Source: an uncultured Dehalococcoidales bacterium
GTDB taxonomy: Bacteria; Chloroflexota; Dehalococcoidia; GIF9; AB-539-J10
Direction of reading: 5' to 3'
NCBI GenBank assembly: GCA_964474965.1
Contig: CAYYUO010000001.1
Location: 1-50,738 of the forward strand
Length of the DNA: 50,738 nt
In this document: positions 27,648 through 37,142 of the stretch, piece after piece
How positions within the stretch are numbered: position 1 is the first letter of the stretch
Layout of the letters: each line of letters begins with the position of its first letter
Made by a program: the position numbers and the translations under genes
The notes under the pieces: model-generated
Databases searched by the model: none
What the model was told of the DNA's origin: nothing
What the model saw: only the letters and a program-made list of their open reading frames with translations

Positions 27648-29579
27648 TTATTGCTGATCTCCATGACTTTCACTTGCGGAGCCTACTGGTACGGGTTCTG
27701 CCGAAATTGCAGGCATCTCGCCAGAAGTCTTCACTACCGCGGAAAAGCGGGGTGGGCAGACATTCAAACAGGTACCACATTTGGTGCACTTGTCTTGATC
27801 AATAACATGTACAACTCTCTTGCCACCTTTAATAGCTCCGGCAGGACAAGAACGAAGGCAAATCATACAACCCTGGCATTTCTCAGGAGCAATATAGTAC
27901 GATGTAAGAGCTTTACAAGCCAATGCCGGACACCGCTTTTCTTCTATATGAGCTTTATACTCATCACGGAAGTAGCGGATACTGGTAAGCACCGGGTTAG
28001 GAGCTGTTTGCCCCAAACCGCACAAGGAACCATCTTTGACCGATTCAGCCAATTCCTGAAGCAATTCAATATCCCCCGGTCTACCTCTTCCATTGGTTAT
28101 ATCCTCAAGTATATCTAGCATTTGTTTTGTGCCCCAGCGACATGGTATGCACTTACCGCAAGATTCAGCTTGGGTAAAGTTGAGGAAGAATTTTGTAATA
28201 TCGACCATGCAAGTATCGTCATCAATGACTACCATCCCACCCGAACCCATAATTGACCCTGCCTGGGCAAGAGACTCGTAATCAACAGGCAAGTCAATCA
28301 AACTCTCGGGTATGAAACCACCTGATGGGCCACCGGTTTGCACTGCCTTCAAGTGTTTGCCTTCAGGAATACCCCCACCTATGTCATATACGATTTCACG
28401 CAAGCTAATCCCCATTGGGACCTCTATAAGCCCAGTGCGAACAATTTTGCCTGCCAAAGAAAAGTTCTTGGTGCCCTTGCTCTTTTCCGTACCATAGCTG
28501 GCGTACCATTCGGCACCTTTCGGGAAAATAGCTGAGACATTGCTCCAAGTCTCCACATTATTGATAGTTGTCGGGTTCCCCCATAGGCCAGACTGGGCGG
28601 GGAAAGGAGGACGGGAGCGAGGCATCCCTCTCTTGCCTTCAATAGAAGCCATCAGCGCTGTCTCCTCTCCACATACAAAAGCACCGGCTCCCTCTTTTAC
28701 CTTGATATGGAATCTAAAGCCAGAGCCCATAATATCGTCACCTATTAACCCATATTCCTCCATTTGCTTGATAGCAATCCGTAACCTCTGGATCGCTAGC
28801 GGATACTCAGCTCGGATATAAATGTACCCTTCAGTCGCACCGATAGCATAAGCCCCTATAAGTATTCCTTCAATTACAGCATGCGGATCGCCTTCAAGAA
28901 GCGCCCGATCCATGAATGCCCCAGGATCCCCCTCGTCAGCATTACATATCACATATTTGATATTACCGGGAGCATCGCGGCAAAACTGCCATTTAACTCC
29001 AGTTAGAAAGCCCGCACCACCACGGCCTCTCAATCCCGATTTCTTTATCTCATCAATCACTTCCTGGGGTTTCATTCTCAACGCCTTAGCCAGACCTTCA
29101 TAGCCACCATTAGCAATATAATGGTCTATACTTTCAGGATCGATATTTCCACAATTGCGCAAGGAAATACGGACTTGAGGCTTGAGTACAGGCAAGTCAA
29201 AGAGATTGGGAATACCATCCAATGTCCCTTCGCCGCGAATGCCCAAAGCTAACTCAGAACGAGGGTTGCCGCTAATTAAATAATCCTTGACGATCTCAGG
29301 TATAATTTCAGGGGTTAGATTGCCATAAAAGACGCCAGGCATGCCTGGTTTTATTACTTCGATCAAGGGCTCTGCATAACAGAGACCAATACACCCGACT
29401 TGAAGGATATCAGCTTGAATATTCTGCTGGGCTAGCTCTTGATTAAGAACATCGAGTATATCTTCAGCACCAGCTGCTCGCCCACAAGTTCCCATGCCGA
29501 TTAAAATACGGGGGGTTTCGCTTTGCTGCATTGCTTTCCATTGTAGTGCAGCTTGACCTTTGATTTCTTCGAAATTCAC
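27648..29579 (-). CDS. NuoF/HydB-like NAD(P)H-FMN Fe-S flavoprotein (Trx-like 2Fe-2S N-domain, C-terminal 2x[4Fe-4S]), 643 aa
   Basis: GLRGRGGAGFLTGVKW, NADEGDPGAF, ESCGKCIPCR and C-terminal CQGCMICLRSCP / CTKCGTCLNVCP. GTGA overlap with the upstream nuoE-like gene. Confidence 0.88.
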   Translation of the reverse strand: MNFEEIKGQAALQWKAMQQSETPRILIGMGTCGRAAGAEDILDVLNQELAQQNIQADILQVGCIGLCYAEPLIEVIKPGMPGVFYGNLTPEIIPEIVKDYLISGNPRSELALGIRGEGTLDGIPNLFDLPVLKPQVRISLRNCGNIDPESIDHYIANGGYEGLAKALRMKPQEVIDEIKKSGLRGRGGAGFLTGVKWQFCRDAPGNIKYVICNADEGDPGAFMDRALLEGDPHAVIEGILIGAYAIGATEGYIYIRAEYPLAIQRLRIAIKQMEEYGLIGDDIMGSGFRFHIKVKEGAGAFVCGEETALMASIEGKRGMPRSRPPFPAQSGLWGNPTTINNVETWSNVSAIFPKGAEWYASYGTEKSKGTKNFSLAGKIVRTGLIEVPMGISLREIVYDIGGGIPEGKHLKAVQTGGPSGGFIPESLIDLPVDYESLAQAGSIMGSGGMVVIDDDTCMVDITKFFLNFTQAESCGKCIPCRWGTKQMLDILEDITNGRGRPGDIELLQELAESVKDGSLCGLGQTAPNPVLTSIRYFRDEYKAHIEEKRCPALACKALTSYYIAPEKCQGCMICLRSCPAGAIKGGKRVVHVIDQDKCTKCGTCLNVCPPRFSAVVKTSGEMPAISAEPVPVGSASESHGDQQ

Positions 29580-30088
29580 TGTCCCCCCTTGTTTAATATC
29601 TCCCCTACCTTTGTCGCTGTCATCCTCCCATGCACCTTATTGTTAATAACCACAACTGGTGCCAGTGCACAAGAACCAAAACAGGCTATCGTCTCTAACG
29701 AATATTCCAGATCCGGCGTAGTCTCACCGGCACTGATGCCTAATTGTTTTTCCATTTCACCAAGGATCTGTGCACTACCACGCACATGACAGGCAGTCCC
29801 CCGGCACACTCTGATGATATTTCTCCCTGTTGGTATAAGTTTGAATTGAGCATAAAATGTAACTACGCCAAAGACGGTGCTTTCCGGCAACTTAAGAAAC
29901 TTAGCTATCTTTTTCATAGCCAGCTCTGGCAGGTAGCCAAACACCTGTTGGACTTGCTGTAAGATAGGGATAAGCTGATCCTCACTGCCTTCATAGGAGG
30001 ATAAAATTTCGTTCAGGCTTTCCTCAACAGTCGTCTCCCGCTCCGCTAAAAGCACTTGGGTGCCCTGCCCTACTGAAGAATTCGCCAT
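29576..30088 (-). CDS. NuoE/HydC-like 2Fe-2S thioredoxin-like ferredoxin, 170 aa
   Basis: LIPILQQVQQVFGYLP...VCRGTACHVRG...CFGSCALAP are NuoE-family motifs. Start taken at ATG 30088. Confidence 0.88.
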   Translation of the reverse strand: MANSSVGQGTQVLLAERETTVEESLNEILSSYEGSEDQLIPILQQVQQVFGYLPELAMKKIAKFLKLPESTVFGVVTFYAQFKLIPTGRNIIRVCRGTACHVRGSAQILGEMEKQLGISAGETTPDLEYSLETIACFGSCALAPVVVINNKVHGRMTATKVGEILNKGGQ

Positions 30089-30188
30089 TTCACACCTCAC
30101 TATTTACCATTTTGGTTGAGATAGCCTTGAGATAGACATCTTCAAAGTATCCAACCAACTAATTTCGCGGGAATAGCTCGAATGTTGG

Positions 30189-30218
30189 ACTATATCACAA
30201 ATATAGGCGTTAACTCAA
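30189..30218 (-). promoter_or_regulatory. Candidate internal promoter for the nuoE-nuoF-fdhA module
   Basis: Minus strand TTGAGT-18 nt-(TGa)TATAGT (extended -10) within the only sizeable gap (221 nt) of the C1 super-cluster. Confidence 0.4.
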
Positions 30219-30309
30219 ATATAGCCTATCGTGATTGTTCAGCAATTCCTTCCGTCGTCTTTCAGCCCTTTGCTTTGTGTTATTTCGAGGTAGTGCTTCG
30301 ATTACTAGT

Positions 30310-30966
30310 TTAAGTAGAGGGAATGTCTCTAACTAGCTTCCAGATGATAGTTTCGGTAAGCACAGTTACATCCTCAGTGGAGAGGTAATCAGAAATATTA
30401 GCATCGAACAATATGTTCCCATTGGGAGCAAGCTCCTCATCACCTCTCCATAACACTAAAGTTATGGGCACATAGTCGAAAGCATTAACTGTCACAGATA
30501 CATCCCCGTAGTCTGTCTCACGGCCTCCTAACTTTGTTGCTGCCTTTATTAGCATCTCGGGATTTTTACCAAAGTGTTTTACGAAAGGGGCTATCGCCCT
30601 TTGGGAAAATGCCGGGAAATAACTAATGCCTCCCGGTAGCTGTTTATATGTCACCAATACACTGGTGGCAGGGGTGCCCTTTGCCAAAGTGAAATAGTGA
30701 AGTATCAGGATTTTGTCCTTCTGTGAAACTTCCACGTTGCTATCCTCCAACGATATTTCAGCATCAGGGAGGGTAATGTGATACGGTTGATTTAGATAAT
30801 TAATGACTACCTCGTTGGACCCTACATACCGCGCACCACTTTTACGGCATTGCTCTTGTATATCGCTGATTTTGGTCAACTGCTCACGAGCAAGTTGATA
30901 GGAAAACTCAAAACCCTGCTCCCGAGAACCAAGAGAACCACGTAATGAATAATGTTGGTTTTTCAT
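30310..30966 (-). CDS. DUF3786-domain protein, 218 aa
   Basis: My recollection of DUF3786 proteins that accompany corrinoid/ACS clusters. 1-nt TAATG overlap with metF. Confidence 0.55.
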   Translation of the reverse strand: MKNQHYSLRGSLGSREQGFEFSYQLAREQLTKISDIQEQCRKSGARYVGSNEVVINYLNQPYHITLPDAEISLEDSNVEVSQKDKILILHYFTLAKGTPATSVLVTYKQLPGGISYFPAFSQRAIAPFVKHFGKNPEMLIKAATKLGGRETDYGDVSVTVNAFDYVPITLVLWRGDEELAPNGNILFDANISDYLSTEDVTVLTETIIWKLVRDIPST

Positions 30967-31895
30967 TATGGGGTAACCTTAGGGCGGGGCAAAAGACCTG
31001 CCGCCTCTACTATCTCAGGTACAGTCTCTTCCCATTCAATAGCCATGATATGAATACCCGCTACACCCTCAATTTCACGCACCTGATTGATAATATCAAT
31101 GCAAAGCTTGATGCCCTCTCCAGGCACCTGCTCCTTAGGCACCCCTTGAAGCCGGGCAACAATGCTGTCGGGCACATCCATTCCAGGAACTCTGGTCTTC
31201 ATATATTTTGCGGCACCCACCGACTTTATGGGAGCAACACCGGCAAGTATCTTCACCTTTTCATGTAATCCTCTATCCCTCACCATCTTCATCCATTCAG
31301 CGAATTTATCCACATTGTAGATGATCTGAGTCTGTATGAAATCTGCCCCTGCCGCTACCTTTTTAGCCAGACGTGCCGCCCTAAACTCAAGAGGATCAGC
31401 AAAAGGATTGGCAGCGGCTCCAATGAAGAGACGAGGCTCAACCGCCATCTCTTCGCCACACTGAAACTTTCTCTCGTCCCTCATGTCTTTCACTACTTTA
31501 ACAAATTGAATAGAATCGAGATCATAGACACCTTTGGCCATAGGATGATTACCGAATTTCTGGTGGTCGCCCGTGAGACACAACATGTTATTTATGCCCA
31601 GTGCTGCGACACCCAAAACATCCATCTGAAGGGCAATACGATTGCGGTCGCGGCAGGTCATCTGGACAATAGGGTCTAAACCTTCTTCTTTGCCGATAAG
31701 GCAAGCTGCCCAAGATGCCATACGCACTACTGCAGTCTGACCATCGGTGACATTAAAAGCGTCTACATGACCTTTGAGTATCTTTGCTTTTTTTCTAATT
31801 ACCTCAGAGTCAGCGCTTTGTGGTGGTCCTAATTCACCTGTGACAGCAAACTGTCCAGCCTCTAGCACCCTTTCCAAATTACTTTTCGTCTTCAT
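30966..31895 (-). CDS. metF: Methylenetetrahydrofolate reductase, acetogen-type MetF, 309 aa
   Basis: FAVTGELGPP, FNVTDGQTAVVRM, VQMTCRDRNRIALQ and CLTGDH motifs of the MTHFR family. Confidence 0.9.
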   Translation of the reverse strand: MKTKSNLERVLEAGQFAVTGELGPPQSADSEVIRKKAKILKGHVDAFNVTDGQTAVVRMASWAACLIGKEEGLDPIVQMTCRDRNRIALQMDVLGVAALGINNMLCLTGDHQKFGNHPMAKGVYDLDSIQFVKVVKDMRDERKFQCGEEMAVEPRLFIGAAANPFADPLEFRAARLAKKVAAGADFIQTQIIYNVDKFAEWMKMVRDRGLHEKVKILAGVAPIKSVGAAKYMKTRVPGMDVPDSIVARLQGVPKEQVPGEGIKLCIDIINQVREIEGVAGIHIMAIEWEETVPEIVEAAGLLPRPKVTP

Positions 31896-31920
31896 AAGTC
31901 CCTCCTAATCTTGCCATTTG

Positions 31921-32652
31921 CTATACTCCTAACGCTTCTATCACCTTCTTCGTCCCCTTCAATTCCTGTAGCAGGTCAATGGCTTCAACCTCTAAACTGC
32001 GTGGTCTTACTGCTTTACTCCAATCATGCGGTTCTTGTATTTTCAAGAGCTCATCAAGTTCACCAAGTTTTCCTAATCTCTTATATATCATGACCCAAGC
32101 GCAGTCACGTGTAGGATCTACTTCACACTTGCCATCTGTAGCTGTCCCGCCACACGGGCCATTCAACAATCCTTTGGGGCATTGTACCAGCGGACAAATA
32201 CCCGCGGTCCTCCCAAGTTCGCATTCACCGCAGGCCTGACATTCTTCTTTGAACTTGCTAGGTCCTCCACTGGAAAACCCAAGGGCGTTGTTTGCTGGAT
32301 AAATAGGCTTTACGATACCCATTTCCTCTTCCAAATATCCTCGCACCGCTTGCGCGCCATCACCGCAACTCTGCATTAATATGGCATCACACTTCTCTAT
32401 CTCCTCCCTGTGCTCCTTCAAAAACATAGAGGACATAGGAAGGTAGCAGGTAAATACGGCAAATGGCAATCCAATTTTACCTGCAATCTCCTTCCCCTCC
32501 TTCGTCAATTTCTCTGCCATCTCATCCACGTCTTTTATGCCACCTGTGTGAAAGATTGTGGCACATCCTCCACACCCCATCAGAAATATCCTTTTCTTAC
32601 CTTCAAGATATCCTAGAATCTCCTCAAAAGGTTTTTGGACTTGTGCATTCAT
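31921..32652 (-). CDS. metV: MetV-like protein (MTHFR C-terminal zinc-ribbon domain), 243 aa
   Basis: CQACGECELGRTAGICPLVQCPKGLLNGPCGG...GKCEV is the hallmark of the MTHFR_C family. SD GAGGAGG lies 6 nt before ATG 32652. Confidence 0.8.
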   Translation of the reverse strand: MNAQVQKPFEEILGYLEGKKRIFLMGCGGCATIFHTGGIKDVDEMAEKLTKEGKEIAGKIGLPFAVFTCYLPMSSMFLKEHREEIEKCDAILMQSCGDGAQAVRGYLEEEMGIVKPIYPANNALGFSSGGPSKFKEECQACGECELGRTAGICPLVQCPKGLLNGPCGGTATDGKCEVDPTRDCAWVMIYKRLGKLGELDELLKIQEPHDWSKAVRPRSLEVEAIDLLQELKGTKKVIEALGV

Positions 32653-32734
32653 TTCTTTCCTCCTCAATAATTTATATATCCGACATGTGAGCCGGGGTAG
32701 CTCTTAAGGGCTGCCTCTCTCACCCACAATGACA

Positions 32735-33385
32735 TTAAGAAAGCCTCTTCACCGGAGGCCCTGATGTAAGGCTCACACTCCAATTCTTCGGTGTCACAAG
32801 CCTTTCCAATTTATCAAGTTGTCCTAGTTTGGCAAGGCGATCGACAATCTGTTGCCAGACGCAGGGTATATCTGGATCAACTTCACATTTACCACCTTGT
32901 GAGCCGCCACAGGGACCATTAAGCAGATGCTTAGAACATCGGGCAATGGGACAGAGTCCACCAGTAAAATCCAGCACACAATCACCACACTCAAGGCAGC
33001 GCTCCGCTTCTTTCCACTCGGCATGAGCACCACCTGAGGACAGAGTGTTGCAGCCAGGATGTACTACCTTATTCACTAATTCCGCTACAGTCTGCACTCC
33101 AGCCCCATCGGTCAGAATCAGGATAGAATCGGCAGCAGCAATTTCCTTTTTATAAGCTCTGAGTTTCAACTTGGTTAACGTGCTATCACATAGCATATCA
33201 ACAACTACTGAACCCGAGACAGCTTTACCCCGTTCCTGCAAAGCGTTTTTCATTTCTGCCACTTGCTTTTCCCCGCCACTCCCCCAACCCTCAGCACAAC
33301 CTTTACAACCAATTAGAAAGATACTCTTATCCCCTTCAAGATAGCTCAGGATTTCTTCAAGTGGTTTTTGCTCCGAAATCAGCAT
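32735..33385 (-). CDS. Second MetV-like paralogue, 216 aa
   Basis: CLECGDCVLDFTGGLCPIARCSKHLLNGPCGGSQGGKCEV, with the same N-terminal ILSYLEG..IFLIGCKGC module as the neighbour. Confidence 0.78.
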   Translation of the reverse strand: MLISEQKPLEEILSYLEGDKSIFLIGCKGCAEGWGSGGEKQVAEMKNALQERGKAVSGSVVVDMLCDSTLTKLKLRAYKKEIAAADSILILTDGAGVQTVAELVNKVVHPGCNTLSSGGAHAEWKEAERCLECGDCVLDFTGGLCPIARCSKHLLNGPCGGSQGGKCEVDPDIPCVWQQIVDRLAKLGQLDKLERLVTPKNWSVSLTSGPPVKRLS

Positions 33386-33858
33386 TTCGTCTCTCCTTTA
33401 GGATTTGTATTATTAAGTTCTGCCAAAATGGCATCTATTATCTGAGGCATTTTTTCTTGAAGCTCCGGAGATAATTCCAACCCCCAGTCAACTTCCTTAG
33501 GCTCAACTCCAATAATGACAGCCTCATCTATCCCGATAAAATCAGGCTGCCAAAGCTGCATTAACATTAAGCTATCCACTAAGCCCAAATCGTGAAGGGA
33601 TAGAAATGGCTTTCGCTCTAGATTTATATCTTCAAGATGAAAGCGGTAGATTTGTCCTGGCACTCCCTCACCCTTAACAGCATCCACTATGATCAATTTA
33701 TCAGCGTCCTCAAGAAACTGCAGTACATCGGGGCATGTCCCCCCATCCATTATTTTTACATCGGGGAGAGGGATCCCCTCCAAAGCATGTGCCACATGAC
33801 AACCAATCCCTTCGTCTCTTAACAAGACATTCCCTATGCCCAGAACAAATTTCCCCAT
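33379..33858 (-). CDS. [NiFe]-hydrogenase maturation endopeptidase (HybD/HycI/HoxW family), 159 aa
   Basis: MGKFVLGIGNVLLRDEGIG...IVDAV...LSLHD motifs. Start set at internal ATG 33858. Confidence 0.85.
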   Translation of the reverse strand: MGKFVLGIGNVLLRDEGIGCHVAHALEGIPLPDVKIMDGGTCPDVLQFLEDADKLIIVDAVKGEGVPGQIYRFHLEDINLERKPFLSLHDLGLVDSLMLMQLWQPDFIGIDEAVIIGVEPKEVDWGLELSPELQEKMPQIIDAILAELNNTNPKGETKC

Positions 33859-33883
33859 TCCTGAACTTTCCTCCAAATTTTTA

Positions 33884-35443
33884 CTAACAAACCCTGAATT
33901 TCCCCAGGTCATGCCCTTTAAGACTGAGCAAATGCACAGAACAGGCGAGACAAGGGTCGAAGGCCCTCACAATGCGCACTATCTCAAAGGGATTAACCTC
34001 ATCCTTTATCTTGGTGCCAGTGATAGCCTGCTCCAAGGGTCCAGGTTGGTCTTTATCATCCCTGGGAGAAATATTCCAGGTAGAAGGGGTAATGACCTGG
34101 TAATTAGCAATCTTGCCTTCTTTTATTTCTATCCAGTGTCCGAGGGCACCCCTCGCCGCACCGACAAGTCCCATCCCAGTAGCTCCTTCTGGGAGTTCGT
34201 AGCTTGTGTAAGCTGGCTCACCGGGCTTGAGCTCTAGAACCCAGTCGGCCATAGCATCGGCTATGAGTTTGGTCTCCAAGGCTCGAGCAAGATTTCGCCC
34301 CATGACAGAAAACATCTTGTCGGGGCCTATATTTGCCTGGGATAAGGCAGAATCAACCAGGTTCTTGACTCCGGTATTGCCAGCGACATAGTTGACCATG
34401 ATTCGAGCCAGTGGCCCGACTTCAAAAACCGTCCCGCCATAACGGGGTGATTTTAGCCAGGAATAAGCTCCCTTCTTTTCTTCATCAAGAACAACGTCTC
34501 CCTTAGAGGGATGTTTGCCGCTGATAGAATCGGCATACCAAGAATGCCTCACCTCTTCAGTGATCTTAGTTGGATCACATTCATTAAACTTAAGACTGGT
34601 AGAGGTAGTCCCCGGCTTAAAAAATCTTTTCCGCTTGGTGAGGTCCGCTTCCTTTCCATCCAGTTCATAGGAGCCATAAGCAAGCAGGTTCCCACAGCCA
34701 CTACCAATCTCAAAATAATCTGAGTAAACGCCGGCCACTGCCAGTACATCTGGGAGGTAAATATTATCAATAAACTCCTGGATCTCCTTCAACCTCCACA
34801 GGAAGGAGGTCATATTGTCAACCGTGGGTACAGAGGCAACTCCACCGGGCATTACGCCCATGTTGTGAGGCATCTTACCACCGAACAGGGCAAGCATCTC
34901 CTGGCTTTTACGACGCATGTCAAAGGCGGCAACATAATGGGCCACCGCCTGCTCATTGACCTCCTCGGGCAGACGATAATCACCTTCATAACGAGGTACA
35001 AAGGGTCCCAATTCTCCACGCGCAATAAAGCTCTTTATTGAATTTAAGGCGGGATTATTCCCTTCATACTTTGCTAATTTAGCCACATCTACATAGTCAA
35101 GAGCTACCAGGTGATAAAAATGAAGAATGTGGTCAGCGATATGGGCTGCCCCGAGGACGATATTGCGAATAATTCTGCCGTTGTCGGGTATTTTGTCGGC
35201 GATGCCAAAGGCACTATCCAGATTTAAAGCAGCGGCAATAGAATGGCTTGTCGGGCAAACTCCACAAATACGTTGAGCTATCCGCTGGGCATCACGGGGA
35301 TCCCTACCCCTCATGATCAGCTCTAAGCCGCGGAACAGTGTCCCTGAACTTCTAGCCTCTTTCACCTTACCACCCTCAACTACTGCCTCCACCTTGAGAT
35401 GTCCCTCAAGACGGGTAACTGGATCAATTATGATCTTGCCCAT
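33884..35443 (-). CDS. [NiFe]-hydrogenase large subunit (group 1/2-like), 519 aa
   Basis: IIIDPVTRLEGHLKVE, L1 motif QRICGVCPTSH and C-terminal DPCLACSVH followed by a 15-aa cleavable extension. Start at ATG 35443, SD GAGGAGG. Confidence 0.92.
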   Translation of the reverse strand: MGKIIIDPVTRLEGHLKVEAVVEGGKVKEARSSGTLFRGLELIMRGRDPRDAQRIAQRICGVCPTSHSIAAALNLDSAFGIADKIPDNGRIIRNIVLGAAHIADHILHFYHLVALDYVDVAKLAKYEGNNPALNSIKSFIARGELGPFVPRYEGDYRLPEEVNEQAVAHYVAAFDMRRKSQEMLALFGGKMPHNMGVMPGGVASVPTVDNMTSFLWRLKEIQEFIDNIYLPDVLAVAGVYSDYFEIGSGCGNLLAYGSYELDGKEADLTKRKRFFKPGTTSTSLKFNECDPTKITEEVRHSWYADSISGKHPSKGDVVLDEEKKGAYSWLKSPRYGGTVFEVGPLARIMVNYVAGNTGVKNLVDSALSQANIGPDKMFSVMGRNLARALETKLIADAMADWVLELKPGEPAYTSYELPEGATGMGLVGAARGALGHWIEIKEGKIANYQVITPSTWNISPRDDKDQPGPLEQAITGTKIKDEVNPFEIVRIVRAFDPCLACSVHLLSLKGHDLGKFRVC

Positions 35444-35447
35444 TAAT

Positions 35448-36311
35448 TCAAACCTCCTCTGGCAAAGCAGCTTCGCTAGTTTTTTCATAGAGCGGGGCTA
35501 TGTCGAAGAACCCGGGCTCGGTGCAGCCAATACAAGTTGCACCACAGCCTACACACCAACTAACTTTATTGTTCCATAACCTTAGAGGACAATCGGCATG
35601 GGTTATAGGTCCCCTACACCCCAATTCATAGTTGCACCCGGGATCGCCGAACTTCTTAGCAAACTTATTCTCATCATAGTAGGCTCGCCGTGGGCAGTTT
35701 TCGTGGATTGTTTGCCCATAGAAGGCCTTAGGACGCCCAAGCTCGTCCAAATCCTCCGGCTTCGGCAGACCGGAAAGCAGAATGCTTGCCACCGTACCCA
35801 CAAACCAGTCAGGGTGTGGTGGACAACCGGGGATGTTTACCACTGGAGTATTGATGCCTTTGGCCTGGAGAATCCCACTGACGCTGCGACACTGAGTAGG
35901 GTTAGGTTGGGCAGCGGGAATTCCCCCAAAGGCAGCACAGCTACCCAAAGCGATGACCGCCAGGGCATCCTTGGCCAATGTTTCAACCCACGATTTCATG
36001 GTCATTGGCTTCCCATCCTTTTCACCAACCACCCCATGGATACCACCCTTAGCAGTGGGTATAGCCCCTTCTACAATCAGGATGTAACCTTTCTTTTTCT
36101 TCCGTGATGTATCCACCATAACCTCAATGGCAGACGCTCCCGCCCCCGCCATTACAGTAGGATGGAACCTTAGATTTATATGACTGCCCGGGAGCACTTC
36201 GTCAACTAAGAGGTTTTTAATAGAGGGATTTATAACATTGAGAAGAGAGACTGAGCACCCGGTACATCCAGCGGCTTGTAACCATATCGCCGGGTATTCT
36301 TTTGTATCCAT
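35448..36311 (-). CDS. [NiFe]-hydrogenase small subunit, no Tat signal peptide, 287 aa
   Basis: First proximal-cluster Cys at residue 16 (WLQAAGCTGCS). GSCAAFGG, GCPPHP, IHENCPRR, GCRGP...DCP...SWCVGCGATCIGCTEP. Confidence 0.9.
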   Translation of the reverse strand: MDTKEYPAIWLQAAGCTGCSVSLLNVINPSIKNLLVDEVLPGSHINLRFHPTVMAGAGASAIEVMVDTSRKKKKGYILIVEGAIPTAKGGIHGVVGEKDGKPMTMKSWVETLAKDALAVIALGSCAAFGGIPAAQPNPTQCRSVSGILQAKGINTPVVNIPGCPPHPDWFVGTVASILLSGLPKPEDLDELGRPKAFYGQTIHENCPRRAYYDENKFAKKFGDPGCNYELGCRGPITHADCPLRLWNNKVSWCVGCGATCIGCTEPGFFDIAPLYEKTSEAALPEEV

Positions 36312-36374
36312 GAGTCCTTACCTGCCTTTCGACTTACTTTCTCAAATCCTCCACCGTGGAGGATATTTTCTCAA

Positions 36375-37142
36375 TCATAAAGGTAAACGTTCAACTATCT
36401 CTTTGACCTTTAATTGAAGGGGAGATTCCCGGGGAAGTTCGGTTACGGGCCTCCCTTTCATTTCCAAACCTGCTATATTGGGGTCTTCTGGAATCAGAGC
36501 AATAATCTGAAGGCCAGATTCGTCAATTGCCTTCTTTATCTCCGGAGATAATTCACCCTTGACACGGTTGACTATAAGTCCAAGTTCACCTATCTTTGTT
36601 CTCAATTCTCCAATGAGTTCCTTAATTCGCGCTGCTGCAGTAATACCTCTCATCGTGGGGTCAGACATAATAAGCAAAACATCCACATCTCTGGTTGTTT
36701 GGCGGCTAATGTGTTCCATGCCTGCTTCGCAGTCCATGACAATATAATTATATTTATAATCTTTCACCAGCTTATCCAAGGAGACGCGCAGGAATTCATT
36801 GGGCGCACAATAGCATCCTGGCCCTTCCGGACGCCCCATGGCTAAAAGGTCAAAGCCTTCGGACTCTACCAAGGATTCCAGTATCTTGCCAAACAGATAT
36901 TCCTGCTTGGCAATGGTGGGGCTTAAACGACCCTTGGAGATATCCTCAGTCATCTTTTCCCGTATTCTACCCACAGTCTTACTATCATCCAGAGGCAGAC
37001 CCAGCGCCTGGTTAAGATTGGTGCTAGGGTCAGCATCTACAGCCAGTACCAACCCCTTTTGAGAAAGGAGCTTGATGAGTAAGGCAGCAACACTAGTCTT
37101 ACCTGTACCCCCTTTTCCTGCGACAGCAACCGTTTTGGTCAT
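36375..37142 (-). CDS. cooC: CooC/AcsF-type nickel-insertion ATPase, 255 aa
   Basis: VAVAGKGGTGKTSVAA P-loop, CYCAPNEF (CxC metal motif) and DCEAGMEH. ATGA overlap with the nuoF-like stop. Confidence 0.88.
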   Translation of the reverse strand: MTKTVAVAGKGGTGKTSVAALLIKLLSQKGLVLAVDADPSTNLNQALGLPLDDSKTVGRIREKMTEDISKGRLSPTIAKQEYLFGKILESLVESEGFDLLAMGRPEGPGCYCAPNEFLRVSLDKLVKDYKYNYIVMDCEAGMEHISRQTTRDVDVLLIMSDPTMRGITAAARIKELIGELRTKIGELGLIVNRVKGELSPEIKKAIDESGLQIIALIPEDPNIAGLEMKGRPVTELPRESPLQLKVKEIVERLPL

